Source: Patescibacteria group bacterium
GTDB lineage: Bacteria > Patescibacteriota > Microgenomatia > JACPZF01
Direction: 5' to 3'
Length of the DNA: 34,597 nt
Assembly: GCA_023484305.1 (NCBI GenBank)
Contig: JAMDAL010000012.1
Span: 1 to 34,597 of the forward strand
Position numbers and translations under genes: made by a program
Part shown: one piece after another, positions 17,651 to 25,629 of the stretch
How positions within the stretch are numbered: the stretch's first letter is position 1
How the letters are laid out: each line of letters starts with the position of its first letter
Notes under the pieces: model-generated
Seen by the model: the letters and a program-made list of their open reading frames with translations, nothing else
What the model was told of the DNA's origin: nothing
Databases searched by the model: none

Positions 17651-18029
17651 ATCCGGGATTGGTTTGGAAAACTTCCTCGAACCTGCCGTTTAGATATAAA
17701 TAATAAACTTCCACATCCAAATGAGGAAAAATAGCCTCGATTTTTCTTTTTGCTTCTATTAAATCTGTGACGTGCCTGGAATAATTTCCCTCTTTGCCAT
17801 AGGCCCCGCAGTCTTCGTGGTTAATAAGTACCACCCTTTTAATTTCGTGCAAGTTGCTGGAGATTTCCACCTGCCTAAGAATTGAGTAAAAATCAAAAAC
17901 CCCGCCGGCCAAAGCCACCCTGTCAAACTTCTGGTTTTTAAAATATTTATTAAGCCATTTATCAATATATTTTTGAATGCGAAAATCAATACAGGTAATA
18001 ATAATGGCGTCGCAAACGTGTTTGGTCAT
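17640..18029 (-). CDS. Short beta-carbonic-anhydrase-like protein (CxDxR ... HxxC zinc-site motifs)
   Basis: The track start at 18065 is a TTG. The ATG at 18029 gives 129 aa. The motifs IIITCIDFR, DRVALAGG and VLINHEDCGAYG line up with the beta-CA C-x-D-x-R, R-N-A-G-G and H-x-x-C-G blocks. The protein is much shorter than canonical beta-CAs. Confidence 0.45.
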   Translation of the reverse strand: MTKHVCDAIIITCIDFRIQKYIDKWLNKYFKNQKFDRVALAGGVFDFYSILRQVEISSNLHEIKRVVLINHEDCGAYGKEGNYSRHVTDLIEAKRKIEAIFPHLDVEVYYLYLNGRFEEVFQTNPGFKH

Positions 18030-18109
18030 GGCGTTAATAGTATAACGATTTTTAATGTTTGACAAGCCTCTTGCGAAACGGCCGGTGTTTTGTTATATTT
18101 AACCAGATT

Positions 18110-18421
18110 ATGAGAACATATGAATTGGTTTTGATTTTGCCGCCCGGTTACAGCGAGGAAGAGCAAAACAAACTTCTGACAAAAGTCAGCAAACTTATTG
18201 AAACTTCTTCTGACAAGGAAACAAAAGGGGCAGAAAAGGGCAGGGTTGTTAAGAAAACCTCCTGGGGAAAGAAAACTTTTAGTTACCCGGTTGCCAAAAA
18301 CGCCGAGGGAATTTATTGGCATTTGGATCTGGAGCTTAATCCGGAAACGGCAGTAAATCTGGCAAAACAGTTAAAATTAAATGAACAGGTGTTAAGGTTT
18401 TTAATGCTTAAAAAGCAATAA
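18110..18421 (+). CDS. rpsF: 30S ribosomal protein S6
   Basis: MRTYELVLILPP... is the canonical S6 N-terminus. The track ORF start at 18059 is an upstream extension. TGtTATATT (18091-18099) lies 10 nt before the ATG. Confidence 0.9.
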   Translation: MRTYELVLILPPGYSEEEQNKLLTKVSKLIETSSDKETKGAEKGRVVKKTSWGKKTFSYPVAKNAEGIYWHLDLELNPETAVNLAKQLKLNEQVLRFLMLKKQ

Positions 18422-18422
18422 A

Positions 18423-18533
18423 GTCCGCTATTCTTACTTTGCGCCTTTTCACTATTATTCATAGACGGCGCAAAGAGAGAATTAAGTCGGACATAAGAAA
18501 CTGTAAATTCATTAATAGTTATTAACAGTTTCT
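18423..18533 (+). promoter_or_regulatory. Structured rpsF-ssb spacer with two hairpins
   Basis: Hairpin 1: gtccg...ctttgcgcc (18437-18445) / ggcgcaaag (18467-18475)...cggac (18488-18492). Hairpin 2: agaaactgt (18496-18504) / acagtttct (18525-18533). The GGAGG Shine-Dalgarno of ssb follows at 18537-18541. Function is unknown; attenuator, processing site and autoregulatory site are all possible. Confidence 0.35.
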
Positions 18534-18548
18534 GATGGAGGTAAAAAT

Positions 18549-19130
18549 ATGTCACCCAGATCGTTAAACAAAGTCACTTTAATAGGTAATTTAACCAGGG
18601 ATCCGGAGCTTAGATATACGCCGCAGGGAACAGCGGTTTGTACATTCGGAGTGGCCACCAACCGTTCCTGGACAACCGATACCGGCGAAAAAAGGGAAGA
18701 GACCGAGTTTCATAGGATTGTGGCCTGGAATAAACTGGCAGAACTTTGCAGCCAGCTGTTAACCAAGGGAAGAAAAGTTTATGTGGAAGGAAGGCTTAGT
18801 ACCAGAACCTGGACCGGACAGGACAGCGTTTCCCATACGACCACAGAAATAATTATTGAAGATATGATTGTTCTGGACAGCAAACGTCCCATAGAGGGCG
18901 CAGTTTCGGAAAGCTTTCCCGCGCCTGTTTCAGTAACGCCGGCGGTTTCAGTTTCACAGCCGGTGCCGGCGGCCGTTTCGTCTGCAGATGATAATAAAGC
19001 GTCTAAAGCTAAAAAGAAGAATGAAGAAAAAACCGAAGAGACAGAAAAATCCGCCTCCGTCGAGACTTCCACCTTCGTGGAAACATCGGCGGACAAGACG
19101 GATATAGACCCGACCGACATACCATTTTAA
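18549..19130 (+). CDS. ssb: Single-stranded DNA-binding protein
   Basis: An OB-fold N-terminus (NKVTLIGNLTRDPELRYTPQG...FHRIVAWNKLAE) is followed by a low-complexity linker and the acidic C-terminal tip DIPF. Confidence 0.95.
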   Translation: MSPRSLNKVTLIGNLTRDPELRYTPQGTAVCTFGVATNRSWTTDTGEKREETEFHRIVAWNKLAELCSQLLTKGRKVYVEGRLSTRTWTGQDSVSHTTTEIIIEDMIVLDSKRPIEGAVSESFPAPVSVTPAVSVSQPVPAAVSSADDNKASKAKKKNEEKTEETEKSASVETSTFVETSADKTDIDPTDIPF

Positions 19131-19157
19131 AATATAGAGGAATTTATTGGTTTATAT

Positions 19158-19403
19158 ATGTTTAGAAAAAGTTACCGGGCGCCAAAAGAAAAATTCAGGC
19201 AGAGAAAGCAGAAAAACTGCGTTTTTTGCGATAAAAAAACGGAGCCTGATTATAAAGATATTGCCCAGCTTAAGACTTATCTGTCTGAAAGAGGCAAAAT
19301 CGTGCCGTATTACCGAAGCGGTCTTTGCTCCAAGCACCAAAAACGGCTGGCCCTGGCCGTAAAAAGGGCGAGATTTCTTGCACTTATTCCTTTTGTAGCC
19401 TAA
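19158..19403 (+). CDS. rpsR: 30S ribosomal protein S18
   Basis: 81 aa. CVFCDKKTEPDYKDIAQLKTYLSERGKIVPYYRSGLCSKHQKRLALAVKRARFLALIP is a typical S18 sequence. It completes the classical rpsF-ssb-rpsR order. Confidence 0.95.
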   Translation: MFRKSYRAPKEKFRQRKQKNCVFCDKKTEPDYKDIAQLKTYLSERGKIVPYYRSGLCSKHQKRLALAVKRARFLALIPFVA

Positions 19404-19413
19404 CATATTCTTA

Positions 19414-20178
19414 ATGGCGATTATTTCCATTCCCGTTTTTGGCAAAAATATCTCAAACCTTTCCGTTAAAAGCGAATTTTTAGTGGAAGAGGGAGAGAAG
19501 GTAAGTACGAACCAAACCCTGGCCGTTGTTTATGAGTATGAAACGGCAGAAATTAATCTGGCCCGGGATTTAAAGATTAAAGGCGGAGAAATCGGCGAAT
19601 TTTTGCTCAAAAAAAAAGGAGAAAAAGTCAATGCCGGTGACAATATTGCCGTTAAAAAAAACCTTTTTGGCACCAGGATTTTAAAAAGCCCGGTGACAGG
19701 TTTAATTTACGGGCTGGACAAAAGCGGCCTGATGCAAATCCATGTCATTATTAAAAGCCGGGAGATAAAAAGCCCGGTTGAGGGCACGGTTTCTGATAAA
19801 AACGGCGGAGAAATATCCCTTAAGTTTAACGGTGAGGAGGTTGAGGGAGTTTTCGGGCTGGGGCAAGGCCGGGGCTTATTAAAAGAAGCCGGGCATAACC
19901 AAGATCTTGTGGATTTTTACAGTCTTGATAAAGAATTTAAAAACTGTATTATAATTGGTAGGAGTTGGAACGGCGAGTGTGTGGCAAAGGCCCGGGCTCT
20001 GGGAAGCGGCATTATAGGAACGGATTTTAGCCGTTATCCGGAAATTGCTTCTTTCAAAAAGGAAAATGATTTTGGCATATTGGAAGTCGGCCCGGAAAAT
20101 TATCATCAGCTTTTAGGCCTCTTACATAAACAAGTGTATCTGGCAGGGGATTTAAAAAAACTTATTTACCAGCTATGA
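19414..20178 (+). CDS. Hypothetical protein with lipoyl-like (barrel-sandwich hybrid) hairpins
   Basis: 254 aa. It has repeated VEEGEKV..., KKGEKVNAGDNIAV and SPVTG/SPVEG motifs. It is translationally coupled to the S41 peptidase gene (ATGA at 20175-20178). Confidence 0.6.
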   Translation: MAIISIPVFGKNISNLSVKSEFLVEEGEKVSTNQTLAVVYEYETAEINLARDLKIKGGEIGEFLLKKKGEKVNAGDNIAVKKNLFGTRILKSPVTGLIYGLDKSGLMQIHVIIKSREIKSPVEGTVSDKNGGEISLKFNGEEVEGVFGLGQGRGLLKEAGHNQDLVDFYSLDKEFKNCIIIGRSWNGECVAKARALGSGIIGTDFSRYPEIASFKKENDFGILEVGPENYHQLLGLLHKQVYLAGDLKKLIYQL

Positions 20179-21380
20179 AATTAAGCGTTATCCGCAATAT
20201 TATTCTTATTTTAAGCCTTTTGATTATATCAGGGGGCCTAGGTTACAACCTGGGGCAAAAAAACGCTTTGGGTTCAAAAACAGCGGCCCCGGTAAGCTAC
20301 AATCGGATTAACGAAAACGACCCGGCGGCTAAAAATATAGACTTTTCCCTTTTCTGGACAGTTTGGGATAAATTAGACCAAACATTTTTTGACAAAGCTG
20401 CTTTGGACCCGCAAAAAATGATTTACGGCGCCATATCGGGCATGGTTTCATCTTTGGGCGATCCTTATACGGTTTTTTTAACACCTTCTCAAAATAAAGA
20501 AACCAAGGACGAGCTGGGAGGTTTGTTTGAAGGAATCGGCGCACAGTTAGGAATTAAGGATAAAAAAATTGTCGTTGTGGCGCCGCTTAAGGATATGCCG
20601 GCGGAAAAGGCCGGCATTAAGGCCGGGGACTGGATAGTTAAAATTGACGGAAAAGACGCGACAACTTCAATGACCTTGCCGGAAGCTGTTAATCTTATCA
20701 GAGGGCCAAAAGGAACCAAGGTAACTTTAACGGTTTTACACGAAAAAAGCACCGCGCCTGCGGATATAACCATTACCAGAGATACTATTACCGTTAAAAG
20801 CGTGGAATTAACTTTTCAGGATAACGTGGCAGTCTTAAGACTTTCCCGTTTTGGCGATACTACCAACGATGAATGGGATAAGGCCGTAAGCCAAATTTTG
20901 ACTACTCCTAAAGTTAAGGGCGTGGTTTTGGATTTAAGAAACGATCCGGGCGGATATTTAAGCGGTTCGGTTTATATTGCCAGCGAGTTTTTAAAGGCCG
21001 GCGCTGTGGTTATTCAGGAAGACGCTAATAAGCAAAGGCAATACTATAACGTTGACAGGGCAGGAAGATTATTAAATATGCCTTTGGCGGTTTTAATTAA
21101 CAAGGGCAGCGCTTCAGCCTCCGAAATTGTGGCCGGCGCCATGCAGGACAGAAACAGAGGAAAACTGGTGGGCGAAACGTCTTTTGGCAAAGGAACAATC
21201 CAAAACGCTGAAGATTTAGGAAACGGAGCCGGCATTCATATTACTGTGGCAAAATGGCTTACTCCCAACGGCCGCTGGATAAACGGCACGGGCTTAACCC
21301 CTGATTACGCAGTAGGAATGGATGAAAAAAATCCCGACAAAGATCCGCAGCTTTTAAAAGCCGTCCAGCTTTTGCAATAG
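20175..21380 (+). CDS. S41-family carboxy-terminal processing peptidase with PDZ domain
   Basis: 401 aa with an N-terminal TM anchor, a PDZ domain (GIGAQLGIKDKKIVVVAPLKDMPAEKAGIKAGDWIVKIDG), DLRNDPGG, the catalytic GSASASEI, and TFGKGT. Confidence 0.9.
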   Translation: MKLSVIRNIILILSLLIISGGLGYNLGQKNALGSKTAAPVSYNRINENDPAAKNIDFSLFWTVWDKLDQTFFDKAALDPQKMIYGAISGMVSSLGDPYTVFLTPSQNKETKDELGGLFEGIGAQLGIKDKKIVVVAPLKDMPAEKAGIKAGDWIVKIDGKDATTSMTLPEAVNLIRGPKGTKVTLTVLHEKSTAPADITITRDTITVKSVELTFQDNVAVLRLSRFGDTTNDEWDKAVSQILTTPKVKGVVLDLRNDPGGYLSGSVYIASEFLKAGAVVIQEDANKQRQYYNVDRAGRLLNMPLAVLINKGSASASEIVAGAMQDRNRGKLVGETSFGKGTIQNAEDLGNGAGIHITVAKWLTPNGRWINGTGLTPDYAVGMDEKNPDKDPQLLKAVQLLQ

Positions 21381-21426
21381 AATTTTTAAGGTTTTTCTCA
21401 GAAAAAGGTAGTAAAAAAATTTATAT

Positions 21427-21511
21427 CGTCATTCTGGTAAGCGACCCGCCGGCTGGCGGAGAGCGCATCCAGAATCAAACAAAGATAGATTCTGGACAGG
21501 CCAGAATGACG
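21427..21511. repeat. 85-bp nested palindromic (MITE-like) element of family A
   Basis: The terminal inverted repeats are cgtcattctgg (21427-21437) and ccagaatgacg (21501-21511). They enclose internal ccagaatc / gattctgg and gccggctggc palindromes. Confidence 0.75.
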
Positions 21512-21522
21512 GAAATCTTTCT

Positions 21523-22743
21523 ATGAGTAATTTACGCAAATTTTTTATTTACTTCTCGATTTTTATAGTTGTAGTCGGATTGTTGGTATACGGCCATGTT
21601 TTGCAGATTAACCTGAAGGGTTTAACCAATCTAAATTTGCCCATTAATATTAAAGGGTTTTCGGCCGATAAATCTGTCAGCAAAATAACGCTTAACGAAG
21701 GAAAACAAACAGTGCGGCTGATTAACGAAGAGTCAGTTGTCATTGATGCCGTAAATAAAGTCGGACCGTCGGTTGTAACTATCGGCGAGTTGCAGCCAAA
21801 CCGCGTTATGACGGACAACGGAAATTTTGGTTTTTTTGGCCCTTTTAATCTTAATCCTGGTTTTCAAACACCGCCCGCACAAAAAAATAATGAACAGGAT
21901 ATCGGTTCCGGCTTTATTTTAACCAGCGACGGTTTAATTGTGACTAACAAACATGTGGTTTCCGATACCGGAGCCGGGGTTAAATATGTGGTTATAACTA
22001 AAGACGACAAACGGTTGGAGGTGCAAAAAATTTACCGCGACTCTTCTAACGATTTGGCAATATTACAGGTTAATCCTGACGGGGCTAAACTTTCTCCTAT
22101 TGAACTTGGCAATTCAGACAATATAAAAGTCGGACAGCTGGCCATTGCCATTGGTACTGCTCTGGGAGAGTTTAGAAATACCGTCACTACGGGTGTAATT
22201 TCCGGATTGGGCCGGGTGATAACCGCAGGAGATCCTTTTGGAGGATATCAGGAGCGTTTGGATAACTTAATTCAGACGGATGCGGCCATTAACCCGGGAA
22301 ATTCCGGAGGACCGCTTTTAAATTCTGCCGGGCAGGTGGTCGGCGTTAATGTGGCAGTTTCCCAAAGCGGACAGAATATCGGATTTGCCCTGCCGATTAA
22401 TCTGGTTAAAGATGTGGTTAATAATTTTAATGCCACAGGGAAATTCAGCCGTCCGTATCTGGGGGTCAGATATTCTCAAATAACCAAGGAGGCAGCCCTG
22501 TTAAACGACGTACCCCAGGGCGCATATATTCAGGATGTGGTTGCCAACTCGCCGGCGGAAAAAGCCGGAGTTAAATCTGACGATATCATTACTAAAATTG
22601 ACGGTGTAGCGGTTACCGATGCCAACGGCGGATTGGCAAAACTGATCGGCGGGAAAAAAGTGGGCCAGAGGGTAACTTTAAGTGTCTATAGGGGCAATGG
22701 TGAAATTAGCATTTCAGTGACTTTGGGAGAAAGCACAGGGTAA
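21523..22743 (+). CDS. HtrA/DegP-family (S1C) serine protease with PDZ domain
   Basis: 406 aa with an N-terminal TM anchor, catalytic His (VTNKHVV), Asp (NDLAIL) and Ser (GNSGGPL), and a C-terminal PDZ domain (AEKAGVKSDDIITKIDG). Confidence 0.92.
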   Translation: MSNLRKFFIYFSIFIVVVGLLVYGHVLQINLKGLTNLNLPINIKGFSADKSVSKITLNEGKQTVRLINEESVVIDAVNKVGPSVVTIGELQPNRVMTDNGNFGFFGPFNLNPGFQTPPAQKNNEQDIGSGFILTSDGLIVTNKHVVSDTGAGVKYVVITKDDKRLEVQKIYRDSSNDLAILQVNPDGAKLSPIELGNSDNIKVGQLAIAIGTALGEFRNTVTTGVISGLGRVITAGDPFGGYQERLDNLIQTDAAINPGNSGGPLLNSAGQVVGVNVAVSQSGQNIGFALPINLVKDVVNNFNATGKFSRPYLGVRYSQITKEAALLNDVPQGAYIQDVVANSPAEKAGVKSDDIITKIDGVAVTDANGGLAKLIGGKKVGQRVTLSVYRGNGEISISVTLGESTG

Positions 22744-22745
22744 GC

Positions 22746-23678
22746 TTAAACAGTTGAAGTGTAATATTGTTGCAGGTCATTTACTAAACTTTGTATTTCT
22801 CCTTCTAAAATTCCTTCCAGATTGTGCCAGCTTTTGTTGATGCGATGGTCTGTCACGCGGTCTTGGGGAAAATTATAAGTACGGATTTTTTCGCTTCGCA
22901 TACCTCTGCCGATTTGCGCCCGACGATCAGCAGTAAGCTGTGCCAGTTTTTCTTCTTCCTGTTTTTCCCAGAGTTTGGCGCGAAGTAGTTCCAGGGCAAT
23001 TTCCCGGTTTTGCGCCTGATAACGTTCTGTTTGACAGGTGACAACCAGACCGGTGGGTTTATGGGTTAGTCTGACAGCGGTGGAAACCTTATTGACGTTT
23101 TGTCCGCCGTGTCCGCCGCTTCTGTAAAAATCCCAAATCAAATCTTCTTCGCTGATATGCAGTTGGCTGTCCTCAAGCTCCGGCAAAACTGCCACTGTGG
23201 CGGTGGAAGTATGAATCCGGCCGGATTTTTCCGTCGTAGGAATTCTTTGCACTCTGTGCACGCCGGCTTCGTATTGAAAAGTGGCAAAAGGGAAGAGGAT
23301 ATTGCCGTTATTTTTTGCCTTGCCGGAAATTTTCAGCACAGTTTCATCCAGCGCTTCAGTTTTAAAACCTGACAATTGTGCAAAGCGAAGATACATACGC
23401 AACAAATCATTGGCCCAAATTTTGGCTTCATCTCCTCCGACTCCGGCCCGGACTTCAAGAATGACATTTTTTTGTTCAACATCTTCACCGTCAGTTGAGG
23501 AGGTTGTGGTATTTTGGGAGGTTTGGGAAAAAGAGCTGATTAGTTCTTCTTTGTCTTTTTCCAGCTTTTTAATTTCTTCACCGGCCAATAGTCCCAGTTC
23601 CGGATCATTCAAGAGTTTTTGCGACTCGGCAATTTTCTGGTCGATAAGATCTAATTGTTGTTTAATATAATTCTGCAT
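22746..23678 (-). CDS. prfA: Peptide chain release factor 1 (short form)
   Basis: The GGQ motif is [20 protein letters not shown]. An RF1-type tripeptide region, [21 protein letters not shown] (P-x-T), is present rather than the SPF of RF2. The 310 aa length is shorter than typical RF1. An S/T-rich linker lies near residue 50. Confidence 0.85.
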   Translation of the reverse strand: MQNYIKQQLDLIDQKIAESQKLLNDPELGLLAGEEIKKLEKDKEELISSFSQTSQNTTTSSTDGEDVEQKNVILEVRAGVGGDEAKIWANDLLRMYLRFAQLSGFKTEALDETVLKISGKAKNNGNILFPFATFQYEAGVHRVQRIPTTEKSGRIHTSTATVAVLPELEDSQLHISEEDLIWDFYRSGGHGGQNVNKVSTAVRLTHKPTGLVVTCQTERYQAQNREIALELLRAKLWEKQEEEKLAQLTADRRAQIGRGMRSEKIRTYNFPQDRVTDHRINKSWHNLEGILEGEIQSLVNDLQQYYTSTV

Positions 23679-23704
23679 AAAACAATATCAAAAATCCAAT
23701 ACTA

Positions 23705-23717
23705 CCAACTCCAATAT
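23705..23717. repeat. Left copy of the 13-bp inverted repeat flanking the four-helix-bundle gene (ccaactccaatat)
   Basis: It is the exact reverse complement of 24117-24129. It sits within a ccaat-rich tract at 23690-23745. Confidence 0.7.
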
Positions 23718-23743
23718 CCAATGTTCAATACCCAATTTCCAAT

Positions 23744-24133
23744 TTAACACTTTCCTTTTTTAACTATAGAACTGACAATAGCTTCTATTTCTCCCCCTTC
23801 TTTTATAAGCAATTCCATTCTTTTAGAGAAACCGGAATTGGTAGAAGAAATAACCTTTAACCAAAAATTTGTTTCTTTAGTTTCTTTTTTTACCACCGTA
23901 TAACAATGGAAAAAATCCCGTCTGGAATTAGTACCATCTGCTTCCTGATCGTTTGCACCCATAGAAGTAACCGACCTTGTAATTTGATTTATAAGTACAA
24001 TGTTTTGCGAGGTTTTTGGTAAACTTTTCGTTAGATTAAGCACACGGACAACAAAACTAAATATACGTTTATGAATATCATAATTCTTTTGGGCCATTGA
24101 AAATTGAGAATTGGTTATATTGGAGTTGGCCAT
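23744..24133 (-). CDS. Four-helix-bundle protein (23S rRNA intervening-sequence protein / Avd-like family)
   Basis: 129 aa. It shows the family pattern ...IHKRIFSFVVRVLNLTKSLP...LINQITRSVTSMGANDQEA...RRDFFHCYTVVKKETKETNFWLKVI... Confidence 0.8.
   Translation of the reverse strand: MANSNITNSQFSMAQKNYDIHKRIFSFVVRVLNLTKSLPKTSQNIVLINQITRSVTSMGANDQEADGTNSRRDFFHCYTVVKKETKETNFWLKVISSTNSGFSKRMELLIKEGGEIEAIVSSIVKKGKC
24117..24129. repeat. Right copy of the 13-bp inverted repeat (atattggagttgg), overlapping codons 2-6 of the four-helix-bundle gene
   Basis: Exact reverse complement of 23705-23717. Confidence 0.7.
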
Positions 24134-24162
24134 TGGATTATTGGTTTTTATTGAAAAATTAG

Positions 24163-24474
24163 CTAATTTTCTTGCATGAGCATTTCGCGCAGTGTCAGAG
24201 GTTTTTTCTCTTCGGTTTGAAAAAGATTTTGTTTTTTAGCCTTTTTCTTAGCCATTGTATCTGCCATTTTAACAGCTCTTTGCTGTTTGGCAGTGAATTT
24301 CTGGATTTGGCCCTGGGTATCCACAAATTTCATTTGGCCGGTGAAAAAAGGATGGCATTTGGAACAAATTTCCACCTTAATAACCTGCCGGGTTGAACCG
24401 GTGGTAAAAGTATTGCCGCAGGCGCAAATAACCTGCGCATCGTCATAATATTGCGGATGAACATTCGTTTTCAT
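24163..24474 (-). CDS. rpmE: 50S ribosomal protein L31 (Zn-ribbon type) with a lysine-rich C-terminal extension
   Basis: [10 protein letters not shown]...CACGNTF...[10 protein letters not shown] is the L31 core with the CxC...CxxC motif. The track start at 24510 lies inside a repeat. The ATG at 24474 is 7 nt downstream of TGtTAAAAT. Confidence 0.9.
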   Translation of the reverse strand: MKTNVHPQYYDDAQVICACGNTFTTGSTRQVIKVEICSKCHPFFTGQMKFVDTQGQIQKFTAKQQRAVKMADTMAKKKAKKQNLFQTEEKKPLTLREMLMQEN

Positions 24475-24481
24475 AAAGGCT

Positions 24482-24490
24482 ATTTTAACA
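24482..24490 (-). promoter_or_regulatory. Extended -10 promoter TGtTAAAAT, 7 nt upstream of the rpmE ATG
   Basis: The minus-strand sense reads aaaattttgTGtTAAAATagcctttATG. Confidence 0.5.
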
Positions 24491-24505
24491 CAAAATTTTG
24501 TTCCT

Positions 24506-24575
24506 GTCATTCCCGATCTAATCGGGAATCCATAAAATAATTATTTATATAGATTCCCGCTTGCGCGGGAATGAC
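24506..24575. repeat. Pair of family A hairpins in inverted orientation
   Basis: The two copies are gtcattcccgatctaatcgggaatc (24506-24530) and gattcccgcttgcgcgggaatgac (24552-24575). The second supplies the last codons (SFPRKRESI) and the stop of the EamA gene. Confidence 0.8.
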
Positions 24576-25498
24576 AACAAATTATGCATTATATGAAGTG
24601 GGTGTTTGGGATGTCTGGTTTCAGCTAAAAACAGACCGGAGGCGACAAGCACTGTGCCAATTAAAAAAGTAGCCGTCACTTTTTCTCCCAAAAAAAGAAT
24701 AGAGGCAATTATGGAAATTACGGGATTAATATAGGTAATAATTCCTGCTGTGGTGGCAGTGACATATTTTAACCCCCAAATGACTAAAAAGTAGCAAATA
24801 ACCGTGGCAAAAATAGTTTCATAGGCAAGGGCGAAAATTAAAAATGGCGAAAGTGATTGATAAAACTCCAAACGAAAGATGTCTTTGGCGGCAAAAGGAA
24901 CAAAGCTTATGGTTCCGATTATAAAATAGATAAAAACTAAAACCAGACTGTCGTATTTCTTGGCTATTTCTTTGTTTAAAATAACATAAGCCACCCAGGT
25001 TAAAGTGGAAAGAAGAATTAAAAGATTGCCCAGTAAATTGCCTGAGGAAAATAATCCTTTTTCCAAAATAGGCTGCAAAATGATTACCACCGTACCGGCA
25101 AAAGATAAAACTATGCCAACTGAAACAATACGGCTGATTTTTTCTTTCAAGAACAAAAAGGCAGCCACGGCAGTGAAAATGGATGTGGTGGAAATAATAA
25201 CAGAAGTGTCAATCATGCTGGTTAAAGAAAGCCCCAAAAAATAAAAACCAATATTAAAAGTGATACCCAAAAGCCCGATGACTAAAATCATCAGACAGTC
25301 GTTTTTGTCAAAGTTTTGTTTTTTTAAACGGGGAAAAACAAAAGGAAACAAGATTAGAACGGAAAAAACCATCCTTATAGCCACAAAGGTTAAGGGGGAT
25401 ATTTTATAAAGCGCTACCTTCACAATAGGACCGCCAAAACCCCAGAGGACATTGGCTAGAATTTCGGCGAGAATTCCTTGTGTTTGGGCAGAAAACAT
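24545..25498 (-). CDS. EamA/DMT-family transporter
   Basis: About 317 aa from the ATG at 25498 (the track start at 25513 is a TTG). It has ten predicted TM helices in two EamA halves. Confidence 0.75.
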   Translation of the reverse strand: MFSAQTQGILAEILANVLWGFGGPIVKVALYKISPLTFVAIRMVFSVLILFPFVFPRLKKQNFDKNDCLMILVIGLLGITFNIGFYFLGLSLTSMIDTSVIISTTSIFTAVAAFLFLKEKISRIVSVGIVLSFAGTVVIILQPILEKGLFSSGNLLGNLLILLSTLTWVAYVILNKEIAKKYDSLVLVFIYFIIGTISFVPFAAKDIFRLEFYQSLSPFLIFALAYETIFATVICYFLVIWGLKYVTATTAGIITYINPVISIIASILFLGEKVTATFLIGTVLVASGLFLAETRHPKHPLHIMHNLLSFPRKRESI

Positions 25499-25510
25499 AT
25501 TATTAAATCT

Positions 25511-25629
25511 CAAAATTTAAAATTCAAAAGTCAAATCTGCAAGTTAAAAATAAAAAGTTACTTAGTTATTCTTCGAACGAAGTGAGAAGTTTAAACAGGT
25601 ATCAGTTCTCGCTACACTCGAACAATATT
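25511..25629. repeat. Composite D+B repeat element
   Basis: D part: aaaatttaaaattcaaaagtcaaatctgcaagttaaaaataaaaagttac. B part: ttattcttcgaacgaagtgagaagt...ttctcgctacactcgaacaatatt. It has the same architecture as 32551-32651. Its right arm overlaps the last codons (VRV) and the TAG stop of hisS. Confidence 0.8.

Noticed and set aside
18059-18064. TTGACA upstream of rpsF, considered as its -35 element.
   Set aside because: The spacing to the only good -10 (TATATT, 18094-18099) is 29 nt. The hexamer more plausibly belongs, as TTGTCA on the other strand, to the divergent beta-CA-like gene promoter. The extended -10 TGtTATATT is the better rpsF signal.
19147-19445. ORFs 19147-19362(+) and 19152-19445(-) overlapping rpsR.
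   Set aside because: The 19158-19403 frame encodes a textbook S18 sequence. The others are alternative-frame artefacts.
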